Below are positions 47,230 through 47,501 of a DNA stretch of 47,501 bases, piece after piece (the stretch's first letter is position 1; each line of letters starts with the position of its first letter). Made by a program: the position numbers and the translations under genes. The DNA is from a virus (lineage: Duplodnaviria > Caudoviricetes). Below the pieces are notes generated by a model that did not search any database, was not told the origin of the DNA, and saw nothing but the letters and a program-made list of their open reading frames with translations. Location: the IMG/VR virus record IMGVR_UViG_3300033067_000394, positions 1 through 47,501 of that record. The stretch is one strand, 5' to 3'.

Positions 47230-47501
47230 TTTAAGATCCTTTTTGACATACCTCTCCCTCCCCTCCTCAAAAACCACTTCTGGTAGTTGGGAAGGTGAGG
47301 AGATAATCTCCTACTTTAATGCACAATTTCCATTAGCCAGTGCAGTCGGTTGTTATACCTATTACCATGAGATCTAACTTTTATTTAAGCCATTACAGCT
47401 TTTCACCAAGTCCGGCATTAGGGTTCTAATCACTGAGTGAAATATTTTGCCCTACTCTCCAAGATTCTCAAATAACTAACTTTATATGTACACCATTTTC
47501 A

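Noticed and set aside
1-47501. CRISPR arrays, tRNA/rRNA genes, DGR template/variable repeats, invertible fibre cassettes
   Set aside because: I saw no regularly spaced repeats, cloverleaf, reverse transcriptase or recombinase; intergenic gaps are few and short. Found by eye only, so tRNAscan and a repeat finder would be decisive.

Overview
This 47.5 kb, AT-rich window has all its real genes on the minus strand and is the virion/morphogenesis half of a crAss-like (Crassvirales-related, podovirus-type) phage, probably infecting a Bacteroidota host. In transcription order (right to left) it holds: a block of small genes (HU-like, GroES-like, DUF1573 Ig-like, ferritin/Dps-like, HExxH protein); large terminase with a LAGLIDADG intein in its Walker A loop; a GroEL-like chaperonin wedged between terminase and portal; portal; acidic scaffold-like protein; major capsid protein split by a 1168-nt group I intron carrying a LAGLIDADG homing endonuclease in loop L1; conserved head/adaptor genes; a modular fibre cluster with an embedded SAM methyltransferase; a putative lysis cassette; a metallophosphoesterase plus PD-(D/E)XK nuclease pair; ring, IHF-like and muzzle tail genes; and very large injected cargo proteins, the last a zincin-containing ORF running off the left edge. 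The standard genetic code reads throughout. The most notable signals are an apparently complete phage GroEL/GroES pair tied into the packaging operon, and the capsid intron, whose splice junction can be deduced from P1/P10 pairing and whose 5' splice site is overlapped by a competing hairpin that hides the endonuclease start codon. All family calls come from motif recognition and gene order; no database search was run.
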